Positions 24,733-38,055 of a DNA stretch of 64,000 nucleotides are shown here, piece after piece. The position numbers were made by a program, and so were the translations under genes. Positions within the stretch are counted from its first letter, which is position 1. Each line of letters opens with the position of its first letter. The notes beneath the pieces were generated by a model. The model was not told the origin of the DNA and did not search any database. It worked only from the letters and a program-made list of their open reading frames with translations. Source of the stretch: Tubulanus polymorphus (Eukaryota > Animalia > Nemertea); assembly GCF_964204645.1 (NCBI RefSeq), contig NC_134035.1, positions 7,844,451 through 7,908,450 of the forward strand. Reading direction: 5' to 3'.

Positions 24733-25139
24733 AACAAAACGTATCAATCTAACCGTTTTGATATTACCTTCACTTTTTATGTCTCTTTTAACACAGTTTC
24801 AATTGCTCAACTGATAAAACCAGGTACAATTATCCATTCGCTCCATCGAAAGATGTAGAAACAAACGCCTTTCCCTTCGCTCAAGGATCGGCGTTGAATA
24901 AGGCGGAGGAAACTATGAGAACAGCTACTTAGCAACACAATCTGTGACGTCACATTACCAGAAAACATCCAATCTTCTATCTCTAACAAAGTATCGATTT
25001 GGGAATATATCTGCGACAACAAAATTTTGACGGCTTCGTTCAACTAATGGCGAAAACGAACAAGCAAATAAACAAACAAATAAACGGCTGTTTACGAGTG
25101 CTTTTAATTTTTGAAATAAATCGAGCAAAATTTGAAAAA

Positions 25140-25258
25140 AGTCTACAGCACCCGGTATTCCCAGGCGGTCACCCATCCAAGTACTAACCGGGCCCGACGT
25201 TGCTTAACTTCGGTGATCGGACGAGAACCGGTGCTTTCAACGTGGTATGGCCGTAGAC
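25140..25258 (-). rRNA. 5S: 5S rRNA copy 46
   Basis: As copy 1. Confidence 0.98.
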
Positions 25259-25696
25259 AACAAAACGTATAAATCTAACCGTTTTGATATTACCTTCTCG
25301 ATAGGATCGCCACCTCAGCGAGGCATCCACTTTTTATGTCTCTTTTAACACAGTTTCAATTGCTCAACTGATAAAACCAGGTACAATTATCCATTCGCTC
25401 CATCGAAAGATGTAGAAACAAACGCCTTTCCCTTCGCTCAAGGATCGGCGTTGAATAAGGCGGAGGAAACTATGAGAACAGCTACTTAGCAACACAATCT
25501 GTGACGTCACATTACCAGAAAACATCCAATCTTCTATCTCTAACAAAGTATCGATTTGGGAATATATCTGCGACAACAAAATTTTGACGGCTTCGTTCAA
25601 CTAATGGCGAAAACGAACAAGCAAATAAACAAACAAATAAACGGCTGTTTACGAGTGCTTTTAATTTTTGAAATAAATCGAGCAAAATTTGAAAAA

Positions 25697-25815
25697 AGTC
25701 TACAGCACCCGGTATTCCCAGGCGGTCACCCATCCAAGTACTAACCGGGCCCGACGTTGCTTAACTTCGGTGATCGGACGAGAACCGGTGCTTTCAACGT
25801 GGTATGGCCGTAGAC
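25697..25815 (-). rRNA. 5S: 5S rRNA copy 47
   Basis: As copy 1. Confidence 0.98.
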
Positions 25816-26253
25816 AACAAAACGTATCAATCTAACCGTTTTGATATTACCTTCTCGATAGGATCGCCACCTCAGCGAGGCATCCACTTTTTATGTCTCT
25901 TTTAACACAGTTTCAATTGCTCAACTGATAAAACCAGGTACAATTATCCATTCGCTCCATCGAAAGATGTAGAAACAAACGCCTTTCCCTTCGCTCAAGG
26001 ATCGGCGTTGAATAAGGCGGAGGAAACTATGAGAACAGCTACTTAGCAACACAATCTGTGACGTCACATTACCAGAAAACATCCAATCTTCTATCTCTAA
26101 CAAAGTATCGATTTGGGAATATATCTGCGACAACAAAATTTTGACACCTTCGTTCAACTAATGGCGTAAACAAACAAGCAAATAAACAAACAAATAAACG
26201 GCTGTTTGCGAGTGCTTTCAATTTTTGAAATAAATCGAGCAAAATTTGAAAAA

Positions 26254-26372
26254 AGTCTACAGCACCCGGTATTCCCAGGCGGTCACCCATCCAAGTACTA
26301 ACCGGGCCCGACGTTGCTTAACTTCGGTGATCGGACGAGAACCGGTGCTTTCAACGTGGTATGGCCGTAGAC
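26254..26372 (-). rRNA. 5S: 5S rRNA copy 48
   Basis: As copy 1. Confidence 0.98.
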
Positions 26373-26807
26373 AACAAAACGTATAAATCTAACCGTTTTG
26401 ATATTACCTTCTCGATAGGATCGCCACCTCAGCGAGGCATCCACTTTTTATGTCTCTTTTAACACAGTTTCAATTGCTCAACTGATAAAACCAGGTACAA
26501 TTATCCATTCGCTCCATCGAAAGATGTAGAAACAAACCCTTTCCCTTCGCTCAAGGATCGGCGTTGAATAAGGCGGAGGAAACTATGAGAACAGCTACTT
26601 AGCAAGACAATCTGTGACGTCACATTACCAGAAAACATCCAATCTTCTATCTAACAAAGTATCAATTTGGGAATATATCTGCGACAACAAAATTTTGACA
26701 CGTTCGTTCAACTAATGGCGTAAACAAACAAGCAAATAAACAAACAAATAAACGGCTGTTTGCGAGTGCTTTTAATTTTTGAAATAAATCGAGCAAAATT
26801 TGAAAAA

Positions 26808-26926
26808 AGTCTACAGCACCCGGTATTCCCAGGCGGTCACCCATCCAAGTACTAACCGGGCCCGACGTTGCTTAACTTCGGTGATCGGACGAGAACCGGT
26901 GCTTTCAACGTGGTATGGCCGTAGAC
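26808..26926 (-). rRNA. 5S: 5S rRNA copy 49
   Basis: As copy 1. Confidence 0.98.
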
Positions 26927-27364
26927 AACAAAACGTATCAATCTAACCGTTTTGATATTACCTTCTCGATAGGATCGCCACCTCAGCGAGGCATCCACTT
27001 TTTATGTCTCTTTTAACACAGTTTCAATTGCTCAACTGATAAAACCAGGTACAATTATCCATTCGCTCCATCGAAAGATGTAGAAACAAACGCCTTTCCC
27101 TTCGCTCAAGGATCGGCGTTGAATAAGGCGGAGGAAACTATGAGAACAGCTACTTAGCAACACAATCTGTGACGTCACATTACCAGAAAACATCCAATCT
27201 TCTATCTCTAACAAAGTATCGATTTGGGAATATATCTGCGACAACAAAATTTTGACGGCTTCGTTCAACTAATGGCGAAAACGAACAAGCAAATAAACAA
27301 ACAAATAAACGGCTGTTTACGAGTGCTTTTAATTTTTGAAATAAATCGAGCAAAATTTGAAAAA

Positions 27365-27483
27365 AGTCTACAGCACCCGGTATTCCCAGGCGGTCACCCA
27401 TCCAAGTACTAACCGGGCCCGACGTTGCTTAACTTCGGTGATCGGACGAGAACCGGTGCTTTCAACGTGGTATGGCCGTAGAC
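27365..27483 (-). rRNA. 5S: 5S rRNA copy 50
   Basis: As copy 1. Confidence 0.98.
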
Positions 27484-27919
27484 AACAAAACGTATCAATC
27501 TAACCGTTTTGATATTACCTTCTCGATAGGATCGCCACCTCAGCGAGGCATCCACTTTTTATGTCTCTTTTAACACAGTTTCAATTGCTCAACTGATAAA
27601 ACCAGGTACAATTATCCATTCGCTCCATCGAAAGATGTAGAAACAAACGCCTTTCCCTTCGCTCAAGGATCGGCGTTGAATAAGGCGGAGGAAACTATGA
27701 GAACAGCTACTTAGCAAGACAATCTGTGACGTCACATTACCAGAAAACATCCAATCTTCTATCTAACAAAGTATCAATTTGGGAATATATCTGCGACAAC
27801 AAAATTTTGACAGCTTCGTTCAACTAATGGCGAAAACAAACAAGCAAATAAACAAACAAATAAACGGCTGTTTGCGAGTGCTTTTAATTTTTGAAATAAA
27901 TCGAGCAAAATTTGAAAAA

Positions 27920-28038
27920 AGTCTACAGCACCCGGTATTCCCAGGCGGTCACCCATCCAAGTACTAACCGGGCCCGACGTTGCTTAACTTCGGTGATCGG
28001 ACGAGAACCGGTGCTTTCAACGTGGTATGGCCGTAGAC
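27920..28038 (-). rRNA. 5S: 5S rRNA copy 51
   Basis: As copy 1. Confidence 0.98.
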
Positions 28039-28474
28039 AACAAAACGTATAAATCTAACCGTTTTGATATTACCTTCTCGATAGGATCGCCACCTCAGCG
28101 AGGCATCCACTTTTTATGTCTCTTTTAACACAGTTTCAATTGCTCAACTGATAAAACCAGGTACAATTATCCATTCGCTCCATCGAAAGATGTAGAAACA
28201 AACGCCTTTCCCTTCGCTCAAGGATCGGCGTTGAATAAGGCGGAGGAAACTATGAGAACAGCTACTTAGCAACACAATCTGTGACGTCACATTACCAGAA
28301 AACATCCAATCTTCTATCTAACAAAGTATCGATTTGGGAATATATCTGCGACAACAAAATTTTGACGGCTTCGTTCAACTAATGGCGAAAACGAACAAGC
28401 AAATAAACAAACAAATAAACGGCTGTTTACGAGTGCTTTTAATTTTTGAAATAAATCGAGCAAAATTTGAAAAA

Positions 28475-28593
28475 AGTCTACAGCACCCGGTATTCCCAGG
28501 CGGTCACCCATCCAAGTACTAACCGGGCCCGACGTTGCTTAACTTCGGTGATCGGACGAGAACCGGTGCTTTCAACGTGGTATGGCCGTAGAC
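28475..28593 (-). rRNA. 5S: 5S rRNA copy 52
   Basis: As copy 1. Confidence 0.98.
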
Positions 28594-29031
28594 AACAAAA
28601 CGTATCAATCTAACCGTTTTGATATTACCTTCTCGATAGGATCGCCACCTCAGCGAGGCATCCACTTTTTATGTCTCTTTTAACACAGTTTCAATTGCTC
28701 AACTGATAAAACCAGGTACAATTATCCATTCGCTCCATCGAAAGATGTAGAAACAAACGCCTTTCCCTTCGCTCAAGGATCGGCGTTGAATAAGGCGGAG
28801 GAAACTATGAGAACAGCTACTTAGCAACACAATCTGTGACGTCACATTACCAGAAAACATCCAATCTTCTATCTCTAACAAAGTATCGATTTGGGAATAT
28901 ATCTGCGACAACAAAATTTTGACGGCTTCGTTCAACTAATGGCGAAAACGAACAAGCAAATAAACAAACAAATAAACGGCTGTTTACGAGTGCTTTTAAT
29001 TTTTGAAATAAATCGAGCAAAATTTGAAAAA

Positions 29032-29150
29032 AGTCTACAGCACCCGGTATTCCCAGGCGGTCACCCATCCAAGTACTAACCGGGCCCGACGTTGCTTAAC
29101 TTCGGTGATCGGACGAGAACCGGTGCTTTCAACGTGGTATGGCCGTAGAC
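29032..29150 (-). rRNA. 5S: 5S rRNA copy 53
   Basis: As copy 1. Confidence 0.98.
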
Positions 29151-29588
29151 AACAAAACGTATCAATCTAACCGTTTTGATATTACCTTCTCGATAGGATC
29201 GCCACCTCAGCGAGGCATCCACTTTTTATGTCTCTTTTAACACAGTTTCAATTGCTCAACTGATAAAACCAGGTACAATTATCCATTCGCTCCATCGAAA
29301 GATGTAGAAACAAACGCCTTTCCCTTCGCTCAAGGATCGGCGTTGAATAAGGCGGAGGAAACTATGAGAACAGCTACTTAGCAACACAATCTGTGACGTC
29401 ACATTACCAGAAAACATCCAATCTTCTATCTCTAACAAAGTATCGATTTGGGAATATATCTGCGACAACAAAATTTTGACGGCTTCGTTCAACTAATGGC
29501 GAAAACGAACAAGCAAATAAACAAACAAATAAACGGCTGTTTACGAGTGCTTTTAATTTTTGAAATAAATCGAGCAAAATTTGAAAAA

Positions 29589-29707
29589 AGTCTACAGCAC
29601 CCGGTATTCCCAGGCGGTCACCCATCCAAGTACTAACCGGGCCCGACGTTGCTTAACTTCGGTGATCGGACGAGAACCGGTGCTTTCAACGTGGTATGGC
29701 CGTAGAC
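29589..29707 (-). rRNA. 5S: 5S rRNA copy 54
   Basis: As copy 1. Confidence 0.98.
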
Positions 29708-30145
29708 AACAAAACGTATCAATCTAACCGTTTTGATATTACCTTCTCGATAGGATCGCCACCTCAGCGAGGCATCCACTTTTTATGTCTCTTTTAACAC
29801 AGTTTCAATTGCTCAACTGATAAAACCAGGTACAATTATCCATTCGCTCCATCGAAAGATGTAGAAACAAACGCCTTTCCCTTCGCTCAAGGATCGGCGT
29901 TGAATAAGGCGGAGGAAACTATGAGAACAGCTACTTAGCAACACAATCTGTGACGTCACATTACCAGAAAACATCCAATCTTCTATCTCTAACAAAGTAT
30001 CGATTTGGGAATATATCTGCGACAACAAAATTTTGACACCTTCGTTCAACTAATGGCGTAAACAAACAAGCAAATAAACAAACAAATAAACGGCTGTTTG
30101 CGAGTGCTTTTAATTTTTGAAATAAATCGAGCAAAATTTGAAAAA

Positions 30146-30264
30146 AGTCTACAGCACCCGGTATTCCCAGGCGGTCACCCATCCAAGTACTAACCGGGCC
30201 CGACGTTGCTTAACTTCGGTGATCGGACGAGAACCGGTGCTTTCAACGTGGTATGGCCGTAGAC
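30146..30264 (-). rRNA. 5S: 5S rRNA copy 55
   Basis: As copy 1. Confidence 0.98.
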
Positions 30265-30702
30265 AACAAAACGTATCAATCTAACCGTTTTGATATTACC
30301 TTCTCGATAGGATCGCCACCTCAGCGAGGCATCCACTTTTTATGTCTCTTTTAACACAGTTTCAATTGCTCAACTGATAAAACCAGGTACAATTATCCAT
30401 TCGCTCCATCGAAAGATGTAGAAACAAACGCCTTTCCCTTCGCTCAAGGATCGGCGTTGAATAAGGCGGAGGAAACTATGAGAACAGCTACTTAGCAACA
30501 CAATCTGTGACGTCACATTACCAGAAAACATCCAATCTTTTATCTCTAACAAAGTATCGATTTGGGAATATATCTGCGACAACAAAATTTTGACGGCTTC
30601 GTTCAACTAATGGCGAAAACGAACAAGCAAATAAACAAACAAATAAACGGCTGTTTACGAGTGCTTTTAATTTTTGAAATAAATCGAGCAAAATTTGAAA
30701 AA

Positions 30703-30821
30703 AGTCTACAGCACCCGGTATTCCCAGGCGGTCACCCATCCAAGTACTAACCGGGCCCGACGTTGCTTAACTTCGGTGATCGGACGAGAACCGGTGCTTT
30801 CAACGTGGTATGGCCGTAGAC
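30703..30821 (-). rRNA. 5S: 5S rRNA copy 56
   Basis: As copy 1. Confidence 0.98.
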
Positions 30822-31259
30822 AACAAAACGTATAAATCTAACCGTTTTGATATTACCTTCTCGATAGGATCGCCACCTCAGCGAGGCATCCACTTTTTAT
30901 GTCTCTTTTAACACAGTTTCAATTGCTCAACTGATAAAACCAGGTACAATTATCCATTCGCTCCATCGAAAGATGTAGAAACAAACGCCTTTCCCTTCGC
31001 TCAAGGATCGGCGTTGAATAAGGCGGAGGAAACTATGAGAACAGCTACTTAGCAACACAATCTGTGACGTCACATTACCAGAAAACATCCAATCTTCTAT
31101 CTCTAACAAAGTATCGATTTGGGAATATATCTGCGACAACAAAATTTTGACGGCTTCGTTCAACTAATGGCGAAAACGAACAAGCAAATAAACAAACAAA
31201 TAAACGGCTGTTTACGAGTGCTTTTAATTTTTGAAATAAATCGAGCAAAATTTGAAAAA

Positions 31260-31378
31260 AGTCTACAGCACCCGGTATTCCCAGGCGGTCACCCATCCAA
31301 GTACTAACCGGGCCCGACGTTGCTTAACTTCGGTGATCGGACGAGAACCGGTGCTTTCAACGTGGTATGGCCGTAGAC
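31260..31378 (-). rRNA. 5S: 5S rRNA copy 57
   Basis: As copy 1. Confidence 0.98.
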
Positions 31379-31816
31379 AACAAAACGTATCAATCTAACC
31401 GTTTTGATATTACCTTCTCGATAGGATCGCCACCTCAGCGAGGCATCCACTTTTTATGTCTCTTTTAACACAGTTTCAATTGCTCAACTGATAAAACCAG
31501 GTACAATTATCCATTCGCTCCATCGAAAGATGTAGAAACAAACGCCTTTCCCTTCGCTCAAGGATCGGCGTTGAATAAGGCGGAGGAAACTATGAGAACA
31601 GCTACTTAGCAACACAATCTGTGACGTCACATTACCAGAAAACATCCAATCTTCTATCTCTAACAAAGTATCGATTTGGGAATATATCTGCGACAACAAA
31701 ATTTTGACGGCTTCGTTCAACTAATGGCGAAAACGAACAAGCAAATAAACAAACAAATAAACGGCTGTTTACGAGTGCTTTTAATTTTTGAAATAAATCG
31801 AGCAAAATTTGAAAAA

Positions 31817-31935
31817 AGTCTACAGCACCCGGTATTCCCAGGCGGTCACCCATCCAAGTACTAACCGGGCCCGACGTTGCTTAACTTCGGTGATCGGACG
31901 AGAACCGGTGCTTTCAACGTGGTATGGCCGTAGAC
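31817..31935 (-). rRNA. 5S: 5S rRNA copy 58
   Basis: As copy 1. Confidence 0.98.
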
Positions 31936-32373
31936 AACAAAACGTATCAATCTAACCGTTTTGATATTACCTTCTCGATAGGATCGCCACCTCAGCGAGG
32001 CATCCACTTTTTATGTCTCTTTTAACACAGTTTCAATTGCTCAACTGATAAAACCAGGTACAATTATCCATTCGCTCCATCGAAAGATGTAGAAACAAAC
32101 GCCTTTCCCTTCGCTCAAGGATCGGCGTTGAATAAGGCGGAGGAAACTATGAGAACAGCTACTTAGCAAGACAATCTGTGACGTCACATTACCAGAAAAC
32201 ATCCAATCTTCTATCTCTAACAAAGTATCGATTTGGGAATATATCTGCGACAACAAAATTTTGACGGCTTCGTTCAACTAATGGCGAAAACGAACAAGCA
32301 AATAAACAAACAAATAAACGGCTGTTTGCGAGTGCTTTCAATTTTTGAAATAAATCGAGCAAAATTTGAAAAA

Positions 32374-32492
32374 AGTCTACAGCACCCGGTATTCCCAGGC
32401 GGTCACCCATCCAAGTACTAACCGGGCCCGACGTTGCTTAACTTCGGTGATCGGACGAGAACCGGTGCTTTCAACGTGGTATGGCCGTAGAC
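32374..32492 (-). rRNA. 5S: 5S rRNA copy 59
   Basis: As copy 1. Confidence 0.98.
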
Positions 32493-32928
32493 AACAAAAC
32501 GTATAAATCTAACCGTTTTGATATTACCTTCTCGATAGGATCGCCACCTCAGCGAGGCATCCACTTTTTATGTCTCTTTTAACACAGTTTCAATTGCTCA
32601 ACTGATAAAACCAGGTACAATTATCCATTCGCTCCATCGAAAGATGTAGAAACAAACGCCTTTCCCTTCGCTCAAGGATCGGCGTTGAATAAGGCGGAGG
32701 AAACTATGAGAACAGCTACTTAGCAACACAATCTGTGACGTCACATTACCAGAAAACATCCAATCTTCTATCTAACAAAGTATCAATTTGGGAATATATC
32801 TGCGACAACAAAATTTTGACGGCTTCGTTCAACTAATGGCGAAAACAAACAAGCAAATAAACAAACAAATAAACGGCTGTTTACGAGTGCTTTTAATTTT
32901 TGAAATAAATCGAGCAAAATTTGAAAAA

Positions 32929-33047
32929 AGTCTACAGCACCCGGTATTCCCAGGCGGTCACCCATCCAAGTACTAACCGGGCCCGACGTTGCTTAACTTC
33001 GGTGATCGGACGAGAACCGGTGCTTTCAACGTGGTATGGCCGTAGAC
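32929..33047 (-). rRNA. 5S: 5S rRNA copy 60
   Basis: As copy 1. Confidence 0.98.
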
Positions 33048-33485
33048 AACAAAACGTATCAATCTAACCGTTTTGATATTACCTTCTCGATAGGATCGCC
33101 ACCTCAGCGAGGCATCCACTTTTTATGTCTCTTTTAACACAGTTTCAATTGCTCAACTGATAAAACCAGGTACAATTATCCATTCGCTCCATCGAAAGAT
33201 GTAGAAACAAACGCCTTTCCCTTCGCTCAAGGATCGGCGTTGAATAAGGCGGAGGAAACTATGAGAACAGCTACTTAGCAACACAATCTGTGACGTCACA
33301 TTACCAGAAAACATCCAATCTTCTATCTCTAACAAAGTATCGATTTGGGAATATATCTGCGACAACAAAATTTTGACGGCTTCGTTCAACTAATGGCGAA
33401 AACGAACAAGCAAATAAACAAACAAATAAACGGCTGTTTACGAGTGCTTTTAATTTTTGAAATAAATCGAGCAAAATTTGAAAAA

Positions 33486-33604
33486 AGTCTACAGCACCCG
33501 GTATTCCCAGGCGGTCACCCATCCAAGTACTAACCGGGCCCGACGTTGCTTAACTTCGGTGATCGGACGAGAACCGGTGCTTTCAACGTGGTATGGCCGT
33601 AGAC
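33486..33604 (-). rRNA. 5S: 5S rRNA copy 61
   Basis: As copy 1. Confidence 0.98.
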
Positions 33605-34040
33605 AACAAAACGTATCAATCTAACCGTTTTGATATTACCTTCTCGATAGGATCGCCACCTCAGCGAGGCGTCCACTTTTTATGTCTCTTTTAACAGAGT
33701 TTCAATTGCTCAACTGATAAAACCAGGTACAATTATCCATTCGCTCCATCGAAAGATGTAGAAACAAACGCCTTTCCCGTCGCTCAAGGATCGGCGTTGA
33801 ATAAGGCGGAGGAAACTATGAGAACAGCTACTTAGCAACACAATCTGTGACGTCACATTACCAGAAAACATCCAATCTTCTATCTAACAAAGTATCGATT
33901 TGGGAATATATCTGCGACAACAAAATTTTGACGGCTTCGTTCAACTAATGGCGAAAACGAACAAGCAAATAAACAAACAAATAAACGGCTGTTTACGAGT
34001 GCTTTTAATTTTTGAAATAAATCGAGCAAAATTTGAAAAA

Positions 34041-34159
34041 AGTCTACAGCACCCAGTATTCCCAGGCGGTCACCCATCCAAGTACTAACCGGGCCCGACG
34101 TTGCTTAACTTCGGTGATCGGACGAGAACCGGTGCTTTCAACGTGGTATGGCCGTAGAC
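34041..34159 (-). rRNA. 5S: 5S rRNA copy 62 (C105U variant)
   Basis: As copy 1; substitution at 34055. Confidence 0.97.
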
Positions 34160-34597
34160 AACAAAACGTATCAATCTAACCGTTTTGATATTACCTTCTC
34201 GATAGGATCGCCACCTCAGCGAGGCATCCACTTTTTATGTCTCTTTTAACACAGTTTCAATTGCTCAACTGATAAAACCAGGTACAATTATCCATTCGCT
34301 CCATCGAAAGATGTAGAAACAAACGCCTTTCCCTTCGCTCAAGGATCGGCGTTGAATAAGGCGGAGGAAACTATGAGAACAGCTACTTAGCAACACAATC
34401 TGTGACGTCACATTACCAGAAAACATCCAATCTTCTATCTCTAACAAAGTATCGATTTGGGAATATATCTGCGACAACAAAATTTTGACGGCTTCGTTCA
34501 ACTAATGGCGAAAACGAACAAGCAAATAAACAAACAAATAAACGGCGGTTTACGAGTGCTTTTAATTTTTGAAATAAATCGAGCAAAATTTGAAAAA

Positions 34598-34716
34598 AGT
34601 CTACAGCACCCGGTATTCCCAGGCGGTCACCCATCCAAGTACTAACCGGGCCCGACGTTGCTTAACTTCGGTGATCGGACGAGAACCGGTGCTTTCAACG
34701 TGGTATGGCCGTAGAC
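34598..34716 (-). rRNA. 5S: 5S rRNA copy 63
   Basis: As copy 1. Confidence 0.98.
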
Positions 34717-35154
34717 AACAAAACGTATAAATCTAACCGTTTTGATATTACCTTCTCGATAGGATCGCCACCTCAGCGAGGCATCCACTTTTTATGTCTC
34801 TTTTAACACAGTTTCAATTGCTCAACTGATAAAACCAGGTACAATTATCCATTCGCTCCATCGAAAGATGTAGAAACAAACGCCTTTCCCTTCGCTCAAG
34901 GATCGGCGTTGAATAAGGCGGAGGAAACTATGAGAACAGCTACTTAGCAACACAATCTGTGACGTCACATTACCAGAAAACATCCAATCTTCTATCTCTA
35001 ACAAAGTATCGATTTGGGAATATATCTGCGACAACAAAATTTTGACGGCTTCGTTCAACTAATGGCGAAAACGAACAAGCAAATAAACAAACAAATAAAC
35101 GGCTGTTTACGAGTGCTTTTAATTTTTGAAATAAATCGAGCAAAATTTGAAAAA

Positions 35155-35273
35155 AGTCTTCAGCACCCGGTATTCCCAGGCGGTCACCCATCCAAGTACT
35201 AACCGGGCCCGACGTTGCTTAACTTCGGTGATCGGACGAGAACCGGTGCTTTCAACGTGGTATGGCCGTAGAC
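35155..35273 (-). rRNA. 5S: 5S rRNA copy 64 (U114A variant)
   Basis: As copy 1; substitution at 35160. Confidence 0.96.
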
Positions 35274-35709
35274 AACAAAACGTATCAATCTAACCGTTTT
35301 GATATTACCTTCTCGATAGGATCGCCACCTCAGCGAGGCATCCACTTTTTATGTCTCTTTTAACACAGTTTCAATTGCTCAACTGATAAAACCAGGTACA
35401 ATTATCCATTCGCTCCATCGAAAGATGTAGAAACAAACGCCTTTCCCTTCGCTCAAGGATCGGCGTTGAATAAGGCGGAGGAAACTATGAGAACAGCTAC
35501 TTAGCAACACAATCTGTGACGTCACATTACCAGAAAACATCCAATCTTCTATCTAACAAAGTATCGATTTGGGAATATATCTGCGACAACAAAATTTTGA
35601 CAGCTTCGTTCAACTAATGGCGAAAACAAACAAGCAAATAAACAAACAAATAAACGGCTGTTTGCGAGTGCTTTTAATTTTTGAAATAAATCGAGCAAAA
35701 TTTGAAAAA

Positions 35710-35828
35710 AGTCTACAGCACCCGGTATTCCCAGGCGGTCACCCATCCAAGTACTAACCGGGCCCGACGTTGCTTAACTTCGGTGATCGGACGAGAACCG
35801 GTGCTTTCAACGTGGTATGGCCGTAGAC
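35710..35828 (-). rRNA. 5S: 5S rRNA copy 65
   Basis: As copy 1. Confidence 0.98.
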
Positions 35829-36266
35829 AACAAAACGTATAAATCTAACCGTTTTGATATTACCTTCTCGATAGGATCGCCACCTCAGCGAGGCATCCAC
35901 TTTTTATGTCTCTTTTAACACAGTTTCAATTGCTCAACTGATAAAACCAGGTACAATTATCCATTCGCTCCATCGAAAGATGTAGAAACAAACGCCTTTC
36001 CCTTCGCTCAAGGATCGGCGTTGAATAAGGCGGAGGAAACTATGAGAACAGCTACTTAGCAACACAATCTGTGACGTCACATTACCAGAAAACAACCAAT
36101 CTTCTATCTCTAACAAAGTATCGATTTGGGAATATATCTGCGACAACAAAATTTTGACGGCTTCGTTCAACTAATGGCGAAAACGAACAAGCAAATAAAC
36201 AAACAAATAAACGGCTGTTTACGAGTGCTTTTAATTTTTGAAATAAATCGAGCAAAATTTGAAAAA

Positions 36267-36385
36267 AGTCTACAGCACCCGGTATTCCCAGGCGGTCACC
36301 CATCCAAGTACTAACCGGGCCCGACGTTGCTTAACTTCGGTGATCGGACGAGAACCGGTGCTTTCAACGTGGTATGGCCGTAGAC
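36267..36385 (-). rRNA. 5S: 5S rRNA copy 66
   Basis: As copy 1. Confidence 0.98.
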
Positions 36386-36823
36386 AACAAAACGTATCAA
36401 TCTAACCGTTTTGATATTACCTTCTCGATAGGATCGCCACCTCAGCGAGGCGTCCACTTTTTATGTCTCTTTTAACAGAGTTTCAATTGCTCAACTGATA
36501 AAACCAGGTACAATTATCCATTCGCTCCATCGAAAGATGTAGAAACAAACGCCTTTCCCTTCGCTCAAGGATCGGCGTTGAATAAGGCGGAGGAAACTAT
36601 GAGAACAGCTACTTAGCAACACAATCTGTGACGTCACATTACCAGAAAACATCCAATCTTCTATCTCTAACAAAGTATCGATTTGGGAATATATCTGCGA
36701 CAACAAAATTTTGACGGCTTCGTTCAACTAATGGCGAAAACGAACAAGCAAATAAACAAACAAATAAACGGCTGTTTACGAGTGCTTTTAATTTTTGAAA
36801 TAAATCGAGCAAAATTTGAAAAA

Positions 36824-36942
36824 AGTCTTCAGCACCCGGTATTCCCAGGCGGTCACCCATCCAAGTACTAACCGGGCCCGACGTTGCTTAACTTCGGTGA
36901 TCGGACGAGAACCGGTGCTTTCAACGTGGTATGGCCGTAGAC
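36824..36942 (-). rRNA. 5S: 5S rRNA copy 67 (U114A variant)
   Basis: As copy 1; substitution at 36829. Confidence 0.96.
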
Positions 36943-37378
36943 AACAAAACGTATCAATCTAACCGTTTTGATATTACCTTCTCGATAGGATCGCCACCTC
37001 AGCGAGGCATCCACTTTTTATGTCTCTTTTAACACAGTTTCAATTGCTCAACTGATAAAACCAGGTACAATTATCCATTCGCTCCATCGAAAGATGTAGA
37101 AACAAACGCCTTTCCCTTCGCTCAAGGATCGGCGTTGAATAAGGCGGAGGAAACTATGAGAACAGCTACTTAGCAACACAATCTGTGACGTCACATTACC
37201 AGAAAACATCCAATCTTCTATCTAACAAAGTATCGATTTGGGAATATATCTGCGACAACAAAATTTTGACAGCTTCGTTCAACTAATGGCGAAAACAAAC
37301 AAGCAAATAAACAAACAAATAAACGGCTGTTTGCGAGTGCTTTTAATTTTTGAAATAAATCGAGCAAAATTTGAAAAA

Positions 37379-37497
37379 AGTCTACAGCACCCGGTATTCC
37401 CAGGCGGTCACCCATCCAAGTACTAACCGGGCCCGACGTTGCTTAACTTCGGTGATCGGACGAGAACCGGTGCTTTCAACGTGGTATGGCCGTAGAC
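37379..37497 (-). rRNA. 5S: 5S rRNA copy 68
   Basis: As copy 1. Confidence 0.98.
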
Positions 37498-37936
37498 AAC
37501 AAAACGTATCAATCTAACCGTTTTGATATTACCTTCTCGATAGGATCGCCACCTCAGCGAGGCATCCACTTTTTATGTCTCTTTTAACACAGTTTCAATT
37601 GCTCAACTGATAAAACCAGGTACAATTATCCATTCGCTCCATCGAAAGATGTAGAAACAAACGCCTTTCCCTTCGCTCAAGGATCGGCGTTGAATAAGGC
37701 GGAGGAAACTATGAGAACAGCTACTTAGCAACACAATCTGTGACGTCACATTACCAGAAAACAACCAATCTTCTATCTCTAACAAAGTATCGATTTGGGA
37801 ATATATCTGCGACAACAAAATTTTGACGGCTTCGTTCAAACTAATGGCGAAAACGAACAAGCAAATAAACAAACAAATAAACGGCTGTTTACGAGTGCTT
37901 TTAATTTTTGAAATAAATCGAGCAAAATTTGAAAAA

Positions 37937-38055
37937 AGTCTGCAGCACCCGGTATTCCCAGGCGGTCACCCATCCAAGTACTAACCGGGCCCGACGTTGC
38001 TTAACTTCGGTGATCGGACGAGAACCGGTGCTTTCAACGTGGTATGGCCGTAGAC
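37937..38055 (-). rRNA. 5S: 5S rRNA copy 69 (U114C variant)
   Basis: As copy 1; substitution at 37942. Confidence 0.96.
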
